Below, in pieces: positions 1-11,557 of a stretch of DNA of 64,000 nt (position 1 is the stretch's first letter; the number at the start of each line of letters is the position of its first letter). The notes beneath the pieces were generated by a model. That model worked only from the letters and a program-made list of their open reading frames with translations, was not told where the DNA came from and did no database searches. The position numbers were made by a program, and so were the translations under genes. Origin of the DNA: Octopus sinensis (Eukaryota); NCBI RefSeq assembly GCF_006345805.1, contig NC_043006.1:54560001-54624000 (forward strand). Direction: 5' to 3'.

Positions 1-340
1 CGGCCTAGTCTCATGAATATCACCAGTCAGTAAATTATATATTGTAATTGTTCGTAAGAAAATTATTTATCATGATATATTTAGTTCTGTTCTAATTTCT
101 TTTTAGATTAAAACCTCTAGAGACTGACAGGAAGGTAGGAGAGACAGAAAGAGTGTGTAAATGTGACGACAGAATTATCGCCATTTCGATCAACTTAGAT
201 CTTATTAGATTTTAGTGCACTTGGACCCGTGTAGTCTGATCAACTTGTATACGTCTGTGCTAATACTACACTTACACAGGATGCCATGTAATCTATTGAA
301 TATGTATACAATTTAGATGATTCACACGCTTACTGAAAAC

Positions 341-470
341 GGTGAGCTGACAGAATCGTTATTGCGTAGGACCAAATGTTTAACGTTATTTCTACCGGGT
401 CTTTACGTTCTGAGTTCAAATTCCGCCGAGGTCGACTTTGCTTTTTATCCTTCCGGTGTCGATAAATTTA
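341..470 (+). mobile_element. tRNA-head SINE (family B), CpG-intact copy followed by (ATT)n
   Basis: Head GGTGAGCTGACAGAATCGTT, B-box-like GAGTTCAAATTCC, core GAGGTCGACTTTGC..TTTATCCTTCCGGTGTCGATAAA. The same family recurs on - at about 21500-21665, 43915-44120, 48525-48665, 52120-52290, 57720-57850 and 60370-60560, and on + at 60770-60990. Confidence 0.8.
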
Positions 471-471
471 C

Positions 472-528
<57 letters not shown>
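472..528. repeat. (ATT)n microsatellite
   Basis: Perfect trinucleotide run; accounts for the poly-Ile in the spurious ORF 317..583. Confidence 0.95.
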
Positions 529-530
<2 letters not shown>

Positions 531-2168
531 GTCTATATCAAATATTTACAAAATTTCTCAAGTCTCCAAATTGGGAGACTTGAGAAATTAAAAATTAAAA
601 AGAGACATGTTGGATGACAGGTTCCTGAATTCCAGGTACAAAGAAAAAGACAGGATGGTCATAGATGGAATACTTTTGAACAGGGATTCGCTTGATCAGA
701 GTTGATCACGTGTTAAAAAGATTAACTAGGACTTAGAATGTAAAGCACATAAAAAAATACAAGTCTCTATGCTGCATCTCGTCTTGCTAGAAACAGCAAC
801 TAAATCTCCCAAACGTCATTAACAGAGGACACATAGGACAAAGTCTAAATATACAAAAAGACGAGGTTTAACAGGTGGAAAGATTTTCATTATTGTTCAG
901 CTCGATCAAGTTGACCTAGGGCTAAACAAGTATAGAGCACTATAGAATCTTTACACTGAATAATTAATAATTATAAAGCTATGTTAAGAGACAATAAATA
1001 TTTGAAAGAGGTTTCATTGACAAATATGATCAGAATAAAAGTATAATTGAGGATTACTGCCCTTTATTTCTCGCTTTCCTCAGTATAATGCATTGTGCAT
1101 ATTACATTCAGTAGCTGCTGTTTGTAACAAGTTAGTTTTTAATTGAGCAGACTTAATGTCAAAGGCATTCGAGTCGTGACACTTTACATCTTTTTTTTAA
1201 AGACGATATTGTATTTTAAGCGAGATTTCCCTGCTATTTCTAGCAGGTCGAATATCTAAGTAGTCTCTCTCACATCTAGTGCTATATCTAAGTATACAAA
1301 AAAAAAAAAAAAATTCGCTTCTATCACAAATCGAAACCGCCATCCCACATTTCGCTTGCTTGAAAATTACGTGTAGTGTGATGACACGCGTAATTCTTGT
1401 CTGTTTTCTGCTTTATTTACAAACCACAAAAATTATATGTATTTTTATTACTGGAACACGAATACGACAGCAACGCACACAAAAAGGGAGAAAATGCTTC
1501 ATAATATAGAAAATAATTAATTATAAATGGTGCACGTAAGTTGTATAAAAGACGAGAAGTCGAGCTCAGTCGGTGAAATATGTAGTATTCATTCACTGAA
1601 ATTATAACGGTAAAAATATTTTACTCGTTCAGGCACAAGGCGTAAAGGTAGCTTCATTCGAGTGCAACAAATAAAGGACAATAAATGGAATTTGTAAAAT
1701 TCCCACAAAACTTGGGGGTAGTAGAGGTGCATTCAAATGAAACCGTTTTACTGGCTACTCTACTGCTGTTTCATATAGATTTATACGCGTAGGTTGCTGC
1801 TGTTTCAAATGTATTGTTCTGTTTAAGTAGAAGCAGCAGCGTTTTGTTTATTTTTCATTCGGGGCTTACGTTTAAACATGCAGAGATTTTATTAAATAAA
1901 AATATTTAGCCAGCTAATAGGTGATTATTTATGCGTTTGTAAAAGAATAAAAAAGAAGCAAAATCAAAACTAAAAATTATTTAGAACATAAACTTTCGTT
2001 TATTTTAGGTACAAATTTCTCATATTCTTTTCTTCTCTCACTCTTTCGTAATACTAATATTGATTTTCTGCTTAGGCCGCAAAGTTTCAGGGAAACGAAA
2101 AGCTATGGTGCTTATATTTATTCACAAGTGCATTAGCGAAGCGATATGAAACGGTCCCGACTGTAATT

Positions 2169-2185
2169 CGCAGCCATGTTGTAGT
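2169..2185 (-). promoter_or_regulatory. YY1/Pho-like initiator motif in a CpG-richer putative promoter region
   Basis: CGCAGCCATGTTGTAGT reads ACTACAACATGGCTGCG on -, resembling the YY1 consensus CAAnATGGCnGC. Surrounding 2070-2230 visibly retains many CpGs. Confidence 0.3.
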
Positions 2186-3960
2186 TTCATGTCGCCAGTC
2201 GATAAGCTCGTTCCAGCGAGAAGGTTATAGCATGGTTCCTGTTTATTGTTCGTTTTGAAAGACAACTGGGATCAAAATTCACTTCGTTTTTTGGGAAGGA
2301 GAGATGAGGTGACACTAATCATATTGATGAGATTATTTTCTTGCTTTTTTCTTATATATATAACTTAACTAAAAATAATAAAAACTAAAGTTGAGTGGAG
2401 TGGTTTTGAAACTGAGTATTAGTTGCACGACCTCATCAGTCTGGAAGGATCTGAAAAGTCTTGACTCTTTTCAGTGGCGAAAAAAAAAAAATGCTCTTAA
2501 AAATCAGAGATCAACAGTGTATATAGCAGGAAACCAACATTAATATTTTAATTCCTTGAAGCAAATGAATATGTATTAAAATAAGAGTATGCTTCATTAA
2601 ATCAATCATATACTCTCCGACCTTCATAATTAGGTTTGAACTTAACCCATATAAAACATCATCATCATGCTTATTATTAATATTTTTTTAATTTATTGAT
2701 AAGCATTCATAAATTTAATTAAAATGCTTTCATTAATTAATTTAAACTTGACTTATATACAACATAAAATAACTAATTTGCTGTTAATTCATTGAGAAGT
2801 TCCAAATTGCAACAATGCCAAGAAATCTGAATTAAAAATCAATAACTTAACACTATTCTATCAAAATATTAAGTTAGCATAAAGATAGGTATTGAGCTTG
2901 GTTTTGTTTTAGAACAAAAATCATCAAATTGGTAATTATAAATAAATGATACGTGTGCAGTAAATCAATTACTGACATGTGTTTCAAGATATTGGTATAA
3001 GGCATTTGTCTTATGTCGCTAAACTAAGAAATTATTAAAAAAACAAAACAAAACTATAAACCAGATTTAGTATTTATTAGAGGAATGGAAAACGGAAAAA
3101 ATATAAATTTGAACATGGAAAAAAAAACAAGAAAGGTGAATAAATATAATATAAACGTGATATTTATGGCGTAGTTAATCATCAGTGCTGAGCATTCAAA
3201 GAGTTATGTGCCCTTAGCTGAAATTAGTTCCGCCATCCTGTCTTTCTTCGACAAAGCAGAACACTAAACAGTTATGATGATAATCGTTATTGAAGAGCTT
3301 CAGAAATAGTCACATTTTAATCAAAACACATCTTAATCATTTGTGTGTAATTTTTATGAATATTTGTTAGTTTGTTGAAGTTGCACTTTGTATGTGGTAT
3401 ATCATCAGTTTCACCGAAAGAAAGAAGAAACTAACGAGCAGTTTTTCATTTACGAGAAGAAAGTAAACTGAGCTGGAATCAACGTAATTTTTACAAATTT
3501 TATTTGGTTTATTTTACTTGCTAGTTACAAATTTGTTATCCACTAACTTACTATTATTTTCGGACAGTGTTTATTTTCTTCTTTTTGTTTATACTTTAGG
3601 GTTACGCCACTCCAAAGAGTTATGTTCTCTTGTCATCTCCGTTTCTTTGTAGATACGTCGTCGCAACGCAGCGCGCGAAAATAGCATCTGAGACCTACGT
3701 GCATTAGCTGCTTGACTGTCTTTTCTTTCTCTTTTCATTTATTTTTAATGAAAAAAAACCCTACCTAAAAGATCGTAACAATATATTGAAACAAATAACG
3801 GACTAACATTAATCATATATGATTACCAAAACAAAAGAAAATAGCATGTAAAAGCAAAAAGAACGATCACACCAAGTGCTGAATATTCCACTCGCTGAAC
3901 AACACTTTAGTTTACTTTCTTTTTGTTCCTTTCCCCCACATATATTTTTTCTCTCTTTCA

Positions 3961-4026
3961 TAATATTGGCTGAATCTAAAGCGGGCTAAAATCTATAAAG
4001 CGTGCTAAATTTATAAAGCGGTAAGT
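3961..4026 (+). other. Putative non-coding 5' exon end with consensus splice donor
   Basis: AAAGCG|GTAAGT donor at 4021, preceded by about 2.5 copies of an 18-19 nt repeat (TCTAAAGCGGGCTAAAA / TCTATAAAGCGTGCTAAAT / TTATAAAGCG). The link to the ZNF gene is inferred only. Confidence 0.3.
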
Positions 4027-4430
4027 ATGCTGTTTATAGAATCTTCATATTTATTCTAAAACTACTTGATATATTTTGATATCTACTTTTCTTTTTCTCC
4101 GTATCGTTTTTAATCCTCTGTCACTCCTGATTTTGTTTGCTTGCCTCTCTTCTTTTACTCTCATTCTGCCGAACACACGTACACATTGCATTCCGCCTAT
4201 GTGACTAAGTTTTATTAACTGCTTCATACAGACTGAGGAATCGGTTTAGAGCTAAAACGCCAGAAATTGCAATTTTTATTTTCGTCTCCCTGTAATTTCT
4301 TTGCCTTCATCATGCAAAGAAAGCCGTCAAGTTGTAACCTCATTTGTCTCCCCGAAAATACACACGTGTGTACCAAGGCTTATTAAGCCGCTGACTATTT
4401 TAACTCAAAACGTGCTTGACTCTGTGTGCA

Positions 4431-4467
<37 letters not shown>

Positions 4468-4479
<12 letters not shown>

Positions 4480-5373
4480 TAGATAGGGAGATAAATTATT
4501 TTATGGGAAAATTTTTTTTAAGGTTTGAGATACAGTAGAACTAGTGATTGTAGTTTAGTGTACGGTAGGTCACTCAAAAGTGTTTTATCTTCACTATATA
4601 TGTGTGTATATATTACCTTTTCGGATTCTAGTACTTATATCAATGACTTCTTTTGTTGTAGATATGAGTGTATCTTTTTACACACATACATGATTTGAAT
4701 GAAAATTGCAAGATATCTAAATGTTTTGTAAATTTGTTGGTACAACACACACATAGCGCGGGTATACATGCTTGTTTATTATTTTATGTGTAATAATTAA
4801 GAAACTACTGAACAGTTGTCTGTTATCCACCTTGATACCTACATGAAACCATGGTATGGATTTAAATATGTATCTCTCTCTCTCTACATATATGTGTGCG
4901 TATATATATATATATAATATATATGTGTGTGTTAGATAGGGAGATAAATTATTTTATGGGAAAATTTTTTTAAGGTTTGAGATACAGTAGAACTAGTGAT
5001 TGTAGTTTAGTGTACGGTAGGTCACTCAAAAGTGTTTTATCTTCACTATATATGTGTGTATATATTACCTTTTCGGATTCTAGTACTTATATCAATGACT
5101 TCTTTTGTTGTAGATATGAGTGTATCTTTTTACACACATACATGATTTGAATGAAAATTGCAAGATATCTAAATGTTTTGTAAATTTGTTGGTACAACAC
5201 ACACATAGCGCGGGTATACATGCTTGTTTATTATTTTATGTGTAATAATTAAGAAACTACTGAACAGTTGTCTGTTATCCACCTTGATACCTACATGAAA
5301 CCATGGTATGGATTTAAATATGTATCTCTCTCTCTCTACATATATGTGTGCGTATATATATATATATATATGA
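4468..5373. repeat. Direct tandem duplication, 2 x about 453 bp, bounded by (TA)n/(TG)n
   Basis: AGATAGGGAGATAAATT starts at 4481 and again at 4934; the copies look identical except for a T-homopolymer length (8 vs 7) and microsatellite edges. Confidence 0.95.
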
Positions 5374-5422
5374 TTGTCTATATATATATATATATATTAT
5401 ATATCGTATGTATGTATATATA

Positions 5423-5473
<51 letters not shown>

Positions 5474-6523
5474 ATATATAAAACTAAATTATGGGATGAC
5501 TCAGGAAGTTATACTAATATCAAAACTGACTCGTAAGTGTATTGTGCACGACTCAAACATTAATTTTTTATTTTATATTTTCTTAGATGTTTCGGAGACT
5601 TCCTCTTCAAAAATGTCAAGAAATTTATTATAGAAGAAATTTCGGTTCATGCCATCCAGCCTTCAACGTTTTAATATGTCGTTTGAAACAAAAGTAGGGG
5701 TGGGATGATAGGAAAATCTCCCATATTAAAGAAAAAAAAAATTAGACTTTGATGCGTATTTTTAGGGCTGAAAAGATTTTGAAACTTAATAATCAAAACA
5801 TATTTATTCGGTACGCATCTTCTTTATTATGCGAGCATACTCAGTCATATATAGACAACTGAATTTACAAACGAGAATTGTTAATATAAGTTTTTAGTCA
5901 AATCACACACGCACACGAGACAACAAGGAAACATTTAAGCTAGAAATAGTAGCAAAATCTCGATCAAATCGCACTAGATTGACTATTGTAATCACAGATA
6001 CACTTAAAAACGGGATGGTCGCGACTGGAAAGTCTGTTTTTACCAGAGCTGAAGTTTAAAAATTAGACGGTGTGGTTTTGTGGTGCGAGAAGAAAATATA
6101 GGTAGGTGATACTTAGGGCACGGCCTCTTTTTATTTGTTTCCCTTCAGAGAATTACCGACAGCTCGGCCTGACACACTCAGCGTAAATTCCCTTTAGTTT
6201 TGACCAAGTCGGTTTCTTGCCAACGAAGCGGAACATTACCGTTATTTTTGGGTTGTATGGGATTTTTAGTGCTTTGTGTACATAGAACAAATGAGATCAA
6301 TGACATGTGAATGTGTATGTATTTACTAGCATGTGTATATTGCAGTTGATGGAGGTTTCTCACACCACGAAAATGTAATCAAAGCTGTTAGCTAAAATTA
6401 AATGGAATATTATTTAAAGCTGGGTCTATATTAGTAGGTACTCGGGAGTTTTTTCCCTGTTTTAAAATGAACGGTATTTGTAGTTTTATACACGCGCGCG
6501 TGCGCACATACATATTGACTTAA

Positions 6524-6580
6524 AAGTTTCGCTGGCATTTGGCTTCGTCGGGCTAACGAAGCCAACTGCTGGCGAAACTT
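6524..6580 (+). other. 57-nt near-perfect hairpin
   Basis: AAGTTTCGC/GCGAAACTT (9 bp), TGGCA/TGCTG (5 bp with two G-U), a 1x1 mismatch, TTGGCTTCGT/ACGAAGCCAA (10 bp), and a 7-nt loop CGGGCTA. Confidence 0.85.
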
Positions 6581-6660
6581 CGAAGACAAAAACTATTAGA
6601 TATTTGACTGTATACACTTGCGATGAATCCTTTCTTTGGTTAATGTTCAATTTTTATAAT

Positions 6661-6700
<40 letters not shown>

Positions 6701-6956
6701 AAAAAATATCCACATGAGAAATAGTAAGCAAGTGTACACGTAATAATTTCAGGAAAGCGGTGTAGGTATAAACCTGCGATATTGGGGACCATAAAGGGCG
6801 GGGGTGGGGGTGGGGCAAACATTAAAAAAAAACCCACTTTGTTTTCTTGTAGCTATTTCTCAACACCATTTCATTTCGAAAAGTAAACAAAATACATATT
6901 TGAAAGTTTTCAGAAGAGAAATTTATGAATGGAGTTGTCCGTTCCATTACTATCTT

Positions 6957-7340
6957 GGATCTTTTCGGTTTGAACGGCAGTTTTTTCTAGCGGTGTCATA
7001 TGAAATCGATCTATTGCATTTCAATCTGTTTTAGGGTTAGGGTTAGTTAGGGGTGGGGCGAAGGGTATTTTTTTTTTCTTCACAAATGTAAATAAACCCA
7101 ATCTGTTTCTTAAACAAGGGACATATTCATACGGCACATAATGTTTTTAACTCAATAGACGTAATTGGTTGAAATTGCAGAAATTGAAGAAAAATAAACA
7201 ACAAATATCTTACAAACTATAGAATTTTCTCAATAAAGCCAAGAGAAAAAGATGTTTTATAAACACATTCTACCAGTATACGAAGTTTAAAATTTTTTAG
7301 TTACCTAGAAATTATGTTAAAAACTGCCGTTCAAAGAATA
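6957..7340. mobile_element. MITE-like element with TIRs and internal TTAGGG repeats
   Basis: TTTGAACGGCAGTTTT near 6970 is the reverse complement of AAAACTGCCGTTCAAA at 7320-7335; internal TTAGGGTTAGGGTTAG. A related inverted fragment lies at about 15190-15380. Confidence 0.7.
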
Positions 7341-7788
7341 CCCTAGACATGTTCATCTGCACACACATGCTTGCACACACACACACACACACACATGTAT
7401 ATATACATGAAGAGGCAACAATGTAGAGCTTGATAGTGCACTTTAGTGTTGCTGAGGGTAAGGCAATCTCTAGAGTGCTGGTGCCACAAAAAATTGCATC
7501 CAGTGCATTCTAAAGGAGTTGCTTTTAAGAAGAGTATCTATTCATAGAAACCATGCTAAAAATCACCCATTAAATCCTTTCAAAAATATGTAAATTGATA
7601 TGCGTTTATGTAAAAGATTTTCTTAAAAGTTATTTAAACATTTTTTGAAAGACTCTGTGGCATGAACTGGAAACATCTTTTCATATTGAGCATAAATGTT
7701 TTTGTTGAACAATGAAAGAGCTTGCTGACAATACAAAAACTTCTTTCCTAAAGATTTGTGTCAGTCTATTTTTCAAATATTTTTTGAG

Positions 7789-8041
7789 TCCTTAGGCATT
7801 CAGATTATTCTGTTAACTGTAATGCTTTGACTGTATTTTCAACAATGATGTTGAGAAGTAGCTACAGAAAAACAAAGATAATCTTGCATTATCCTGAAGT
7901 TTTGATTTTTTGATGATCTGATTTCTTATTTTTAGAATGATATTGTTGGGTAGATTTGAGAGGCCAGATCTGGCCGATCTGACCATAAAACAGGTAGAAT
8001 ATTTGGGCTGGATATGACCAGTATAAATGCTAAAGGGTTAA
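7789..8041. mobile_element. piggyBac-type MITE (degenerate)
   Basis: Right end AATGCTAAAGGGTTAA; body shared with copies at 26146-26363 and 40861-41071. Confidence 0.7.
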
Positions 8042-8074
8042 ATACTTATAAATAAATAAATGCGTCCTTTTAAA

Positions 8075-8308
8075 GCCTAGCCAGGCTCATGGGCCCGGTT
8101 TCCCAGTTTCAGTGGCGTATGTATTCCGCAGCTGGACAGGATGCCAGTCTATCGCAGCGTTACTCATTTTTGCCAGCTGAGTGGACTGGAGCAACGTGAA
8201 ATGAAGTGTTTTGCTCAAGAACACAACGTGTTGCCCAGTCTAGGAATCGAAACCACAATCTTACGATCATGATGCTGACACCCTAACCACTAAGCCACGC
8301 GCCTCCAC
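8075..8308 (-). mobile_element. tRNA-head SINE (family C, CORE/Meta-like body)
   Basis: On -: GGAGGCGCGTGGCTTAGTGG (A box), GGTTTCGATTCC (B box), TTGCTCCAGTCCACTCAGCTG, CTGCGATAGACTGGCATCCTGTCCAG. Other copies at about 54290-54510 and 58790-58995. The Meta-domain assignment is from recall and unverified. Confidence 0.75.
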
Positions 8309-9144
8309 AGGCTAAATACTTAACGTTTAAAAAATCTTTCTTTAAATATTGTGACTGCATCAAGTATATTTGCAAAAATGTTATATATATACTAGCAGCT
8401 AAGCCCAGTTTCACCTGGTCAGTTTGGATGATGTGGTTGTAAAACCTGCTCTGTATAAGCATTCGACTTGTTTAAACCACAATCTTACAATCATGATGCT
8501 GACACCCTAACCACTAAGCCACGAGCCTCCACAGGCTAAATACTTAACGTTTAAAAAATCTTTCTTTAAATATTGTGACTGCATCAAGTATATTTGCAAA
8601 AATGTTATATATATACTAGCAGCTAAGCCCAGTTTCACCTGGTCAGTTTGGATGATGTGGTTGTAAAACCTGCTCTGTATAAGCATTCGACTTGTTTAAA
8701 CCATAATCTTACGATCATGATGCTGACACCCTAACCACTAAGCCACACGCCTCCACAGGCTAAATACTTAACGTTTAAAAAATCTTTCTTTAAATATTGT
8801 GACTGCATCAAGTATATTTGCAAAAATGTTATATATATATAGCAGCTAAGCCCAGTTTCACCTGGTCAGTTTGGATGATGTGGTTGTAAAACCTGCTCTG
8901 TGTAAGCATTCGACTTGTTTAAACCACAATCTTATGATCATGATGCTGACACCCTAACCACTAAGCCCCGCGCCTCCACAGGCTAAATACTTAACGTTTA
9001 AAAAATCTTTCTTTAAATATTGTGACTGCACCAAGTATATTTGCAAAAATGTTATATATATAGTAGCAGCTAAGCCCAGTTTCACCTGGTCAGTTTGGAT
9101 GATGTGGTTGTAAAACCTGCTCTGTGTAAGCATTCGACTTGTTT
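8250..9144. repeat. Tandem array, 4 x 223-224 bp (SINE head + flank + Helitron 3' end)
   Basis: AAACCA(C/T)AATCTTA starts at 8250, 8474, 8698 and 8921; each unit ends CATTCGACTTGTTT. Confidence 0.95.
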
Positions 9145-9500
9145 GGACATGCTTATGTTAAAAAGCAATTTTAGAATTACTTTTTTCTGTCAAAACGCTA
9201 AAAATAACTGACCAACAAAAAAAATACAATCATGATTCAACCAAATCAAAAAATAAACCCAAATACTAAGCGAACAAAGATGAACCATCCCATTTCCATT
9301 GTGTATGCATACACACGCATATTCACATACCCCCCCTTTACATACACATATATTCACACAGTTGAAATGCTGTTTGATTTATTATTATCAGCGTACAATT
9401 TTCAGCATCCCTCTACCAAGTATGACATCACCCCTTCCTTCCTTAGTCATCTATCACCCCTTTTTTTCTCATTCATAAACACGAGTATTATTATAGTAGA
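9063..9500 (-). mobile_element. Non-autonomous Helitron
   Basis: On -: 5' A|TCTACTATAATAATACTCG at 9500; 3' end has hairpin CCAG-GTGAAA-CTGG then CTGCTAG (mutated to CTAC in this copy, intact at 8392 and 8616). Confidence 0.7.
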
Positions 9501-10420
9501 TTATCTTGGAACCATGGGAGCTATGAAAAAATACAAAGCCCAGCATCACCAACGGATCATTCTACACATCCGTGTAATTTTTCGCACAATTCTACTCTGC
9601 CGTTTGACCGTGAATCCCAAGAAAAGAAAGAATCGCCCATGTCAAATTTATATGTATCATCATCATCGTTTAGCATCCGTTTTCCATGCTGGCATGGGTT
9701 GGACGGTGCAACTGGGGTCAGGGAAGCCAGAAGGCTGCATCAGGCCCAGTCTGATCTGGCAATGTTTCTACGGCTGGAAGCCCTTCCTAACGCCAACCAC
9801 TCCATGAGTGTAGTGGGTGCTTTTTACGTGCCACCGGCATTTATAGATATATATAATATATATAATTGTCCATGTTAGTTTTTTCATGCTGGCATATATT
9901 GTATAGCTGAATGAGCAGGGGTACTGACAAAATAGATTGATGATTGAGGACCATGTCTTGCTTCTCTGTCTCATTTTTAATGTTTTCTACAGTTGAATGC
10001 CCTTCCTATTACCAGCAGCTTTAGAGGAGTATACTACTTGCATGTTATTGCTGAACAAACATGAGTTGATAAGCCTCTTACCTCACAAAAATAGTGTCCT
10101 CTTTATCATTTATTGTCTCTGTTTGTTTACCAGTAATAGAATATTCTCATCCCTGATAGGTTTAAGAAAGAGTGGTGGGGGGACTAAAACAAGGGAACTG
10201 CATGTTTGATGGTTGTGGGGTAATGAGATTGGAAATGGCATGTGTGGAGTAATGGGAAAAGAGTACATGCTAAGGTAGTAAATTTGAAGAGAGTGGTGGA
10301 TATCAAAATGAATGATAGGGCAGGGAGTATTAGAGAAGAAGGATGTCAGTGAGTGATACAGTAGGAAGTATTGGAAGGAAAGAAAGTGATGGTTAGCTAA
10401 AAAGAAATTTTTAGTTAATA

Positions 10421-10811
10421 CTAGCAGTATCGCCCGGCGTTGCTCGGGTTTGTTTCAACCCGCTGGAATTGGAATTTTTGAAAAGTAAAAATTTTGCATT
10501 ATGTAGCTTGTTATTCGCTTCAACTGAACATTTTTCTGGTTGAAATACACCGAAAAGTGGCGACACAGCAGTGAAAAAATGGTAAAAAATAGGGATTTTC
10601 ATAGAAAAAAGCACGTTTTTGATGTAAATAATTTTTGGTGTTAACATGGTCCAATTTGAATTTTATCTTCTACAGAAGGAAGAGCAACCCTTCTTCTATC
10701 ATACTCTCAATTTTGGTCAACTTGCGCCGCATGGTTTCGGAGGAGATAGTGTTAGTTGAAGGCTACCAAACCTGCCGCAGACAGACAACTTCAGCTTTAT
10801 ATAGAGAGAGA
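10421..10811 (-). mobile_element. Non-autonomous Helitron
   Basis: On -: A|TCTCTCTCTATATAAAG ... CCCGAGCAACGCCGGG hairpin, GATACTGCTAG|T. Shows TC/CTAG termini, A|T insertion site and no TSD. Confidence 0.85.
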
Positions 10812-11517
10812 TAACACACACATTAATACACATACATACACACACACACACACACGTATGGATGTATGTATATATGTACATCTGTCCACTTCTTGCCATA
10901 TTTTTATCCTTCACTTCCTACACACACACACACACACACCTTCTTAGCTTACAATTTCTTTCTTTCAACAATTGACAACTGAAGTACGCTCGCCAATGAA
11001 TACTACCAAAAGTTAGCGACAGATCTCTGTTTCCTTTTTTTTTTTTTTTGAGGATTGGTTTAAGCATTAGTAACAGAAAGTAGCAGAATGTGTGATGTTG
11101 AATAAGAGTTGCAGAAAGAGGATATGATAGTGGTATACACTTGCAAAGAGAAAGTAGGAGAAAGTGTGGTAATAGCAGGAGTAAAGCATTTGAAATGAGA
11201 GGCAAATTGTAAAATGTTGAGTTTTCTCGAATTTTTGCTTAATTGGGGGTGAAATTGAAAAAATGTATATGCCATGACCCAATGGAATCTACTTCGAAAA
11301 ATCATAGGTAAATTCCAATATAGAAGAAATTCTATATTGTACAATTGTATTAAAAACAAACGTAGTCAGAGGCAGAGAAAATCTGCCTTTTATCATAAGA
11401 GATGCTAACCCCTGGACTGATACAATGCAATCTCATCTGACAGGTATGAAGATAGAAATACAAGATACTAAGAATACAAATTGATAGTAGAGTGACAGGT
11501 TCAGGGCATTTAGTGTA

Positions 11518-11518
11518 T

Positions 11519-11557
<39 letters not shown>

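Noticed and set aside
1527-1541. ATG GTG CAC|GTAAGT as a micro first exon
   Set aside because: Ends in phase 0, incompatible with the exon 31117 model without upstream stops; no other support.
7030-7060. Interstitial telomere (TTAGGG repeats; also near 18505)
   Set aside because: Only 2-3 units, embedded in a MITE-like element.
8250-9144. CRISPR-like or prokaryotic repeat array
   Set aside because: Units are contiguous 224-bp duplicates with no unique spacers, in a eukaryotic TE context.
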